IMG/VR virus record: IMGVR_UViG_3300047477_000152
Span: 1-34,612 of that record
DNA: 34,612 nucleotides
Direction: 5' to 3' (one strand)
Source of the DNA: a virus
Lineage: Duplodnaviria > Caudoviricetes
In this document: positions 34,321-34,612 of the stretch, piece by piece
Layout of the letters: each line of letters starts with the position of its first letter
Position numbering within the stretch: position 1 is the stretch's first letter
Program-made: the position numbers and the translations under genes
Notes under the pieces: generated by a model
Told to the model about the DNA's origin: nothing
What the model saw: the letters and a program-made list of their open reading frames with translations, nothing else
Databases searched by the model: none

Positions 34321-34482
34321 TCAGGCTCCCGTTGCAGCATGAATGAACGGCTTGATTACGCCCCACAGCCAAGGAATTCCAACTGCGAGTCCCCATCCGA
34401 CGACTACTCCAAATATAACAAGCACAACAAACGTTGTTGTTACGGCGTCTGCGTCAATAAACCCTTTTTGATCGTGTTTCAT
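34321..34482 (-). CDS. Small single-TM protein with prepilin-like leader
   Basis: MKHDQKG|FIDAD followed by a hydrophobic helix; start at 34482 with ATGA overlap. Confidence 0.65.
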   Translation of the reverse strand: MKHDQKGFIDADAVTTTFVVLVIFGVVVGWGLAVGIPWLWGVIKPFIHAATGA

Positions 34483-34612
34483 TTTTCTTCTCCCTTCTGC
34501 TGCCTCAGCAGCTCCTCGCATTTCTGAGCGGCAAACATTCCAAGTTGTTTTACTACGGCGTACTGGCTCTCAAGTAGCTGAACTCTCTGTCGGAGAAATT
34601 CAATCTCTTTGT
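34479..34612 (-). CDS. 3' end of an upstream gene (partial)
   Basis: Open frame KEIEFLRQRVQLLESQYAVVKQLGMFAAQKCEELLRQQKGEEK*, with TGA overlapping the next ATG. Confidence 0.55.
   Translation of the reverse strand, partial: KEIEFLRQRVQLLESQYAVVKQLGMFAAQKCEELLRQQKGEEK

Overview
The window is an internal segment of a GC-rich, probably temperate, tailed phage; a betaproteobacterial host is inferred from the tRNA-Asn fragment and the prepilin types. It has two convergent arms. The + strand (1-17294) carries late structural genes: tail and tail-fibre-like proteins, putative ejection proteins, and a 2289-aa polyvalent virion protein with an ART-like domain and an HExxH metallopeptidase-like domain. 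This arm ends in a three-gene cassette with two type IV pilin/pseudopilin-like proteins (G|FTLVE). The - strand (17677-34612) is a tightly coupled early/middle region: family B DNA polymerase, SSB-like protein, VRR-NUC-like nuclease, DUF4224-like excisionase, tyrosine integrase, NinX-like protein, ArdA-like acidic protein, dCMP deaminase, ATP-dependent DNA ligase and many small hypotheticals. The junction (17300-17660) looks like an intact attP of an unusual kind. It carries the 5' half of tRNA-Asn(GTT) behind a near-consensus sigma70 promoter (TTGACA-17-TAGAAT), is bounded by two terminators, and contains four TATATTGGAC arm-like sites. On integration the phage would therefore take over transcription of the host tRNA. 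A helically phased motif (YGWCAGA-N3-TGWCAGA) recurs in attP, just upstream of int, over a mid-region promoter and inside another early gene. Best candidates for new biology: the attP-proximal prepilin cassette, the promoter-donating 5'-tRNA attP, and the shared operator motif. All family assignments come from motifs recognised by eye, not from database searches.
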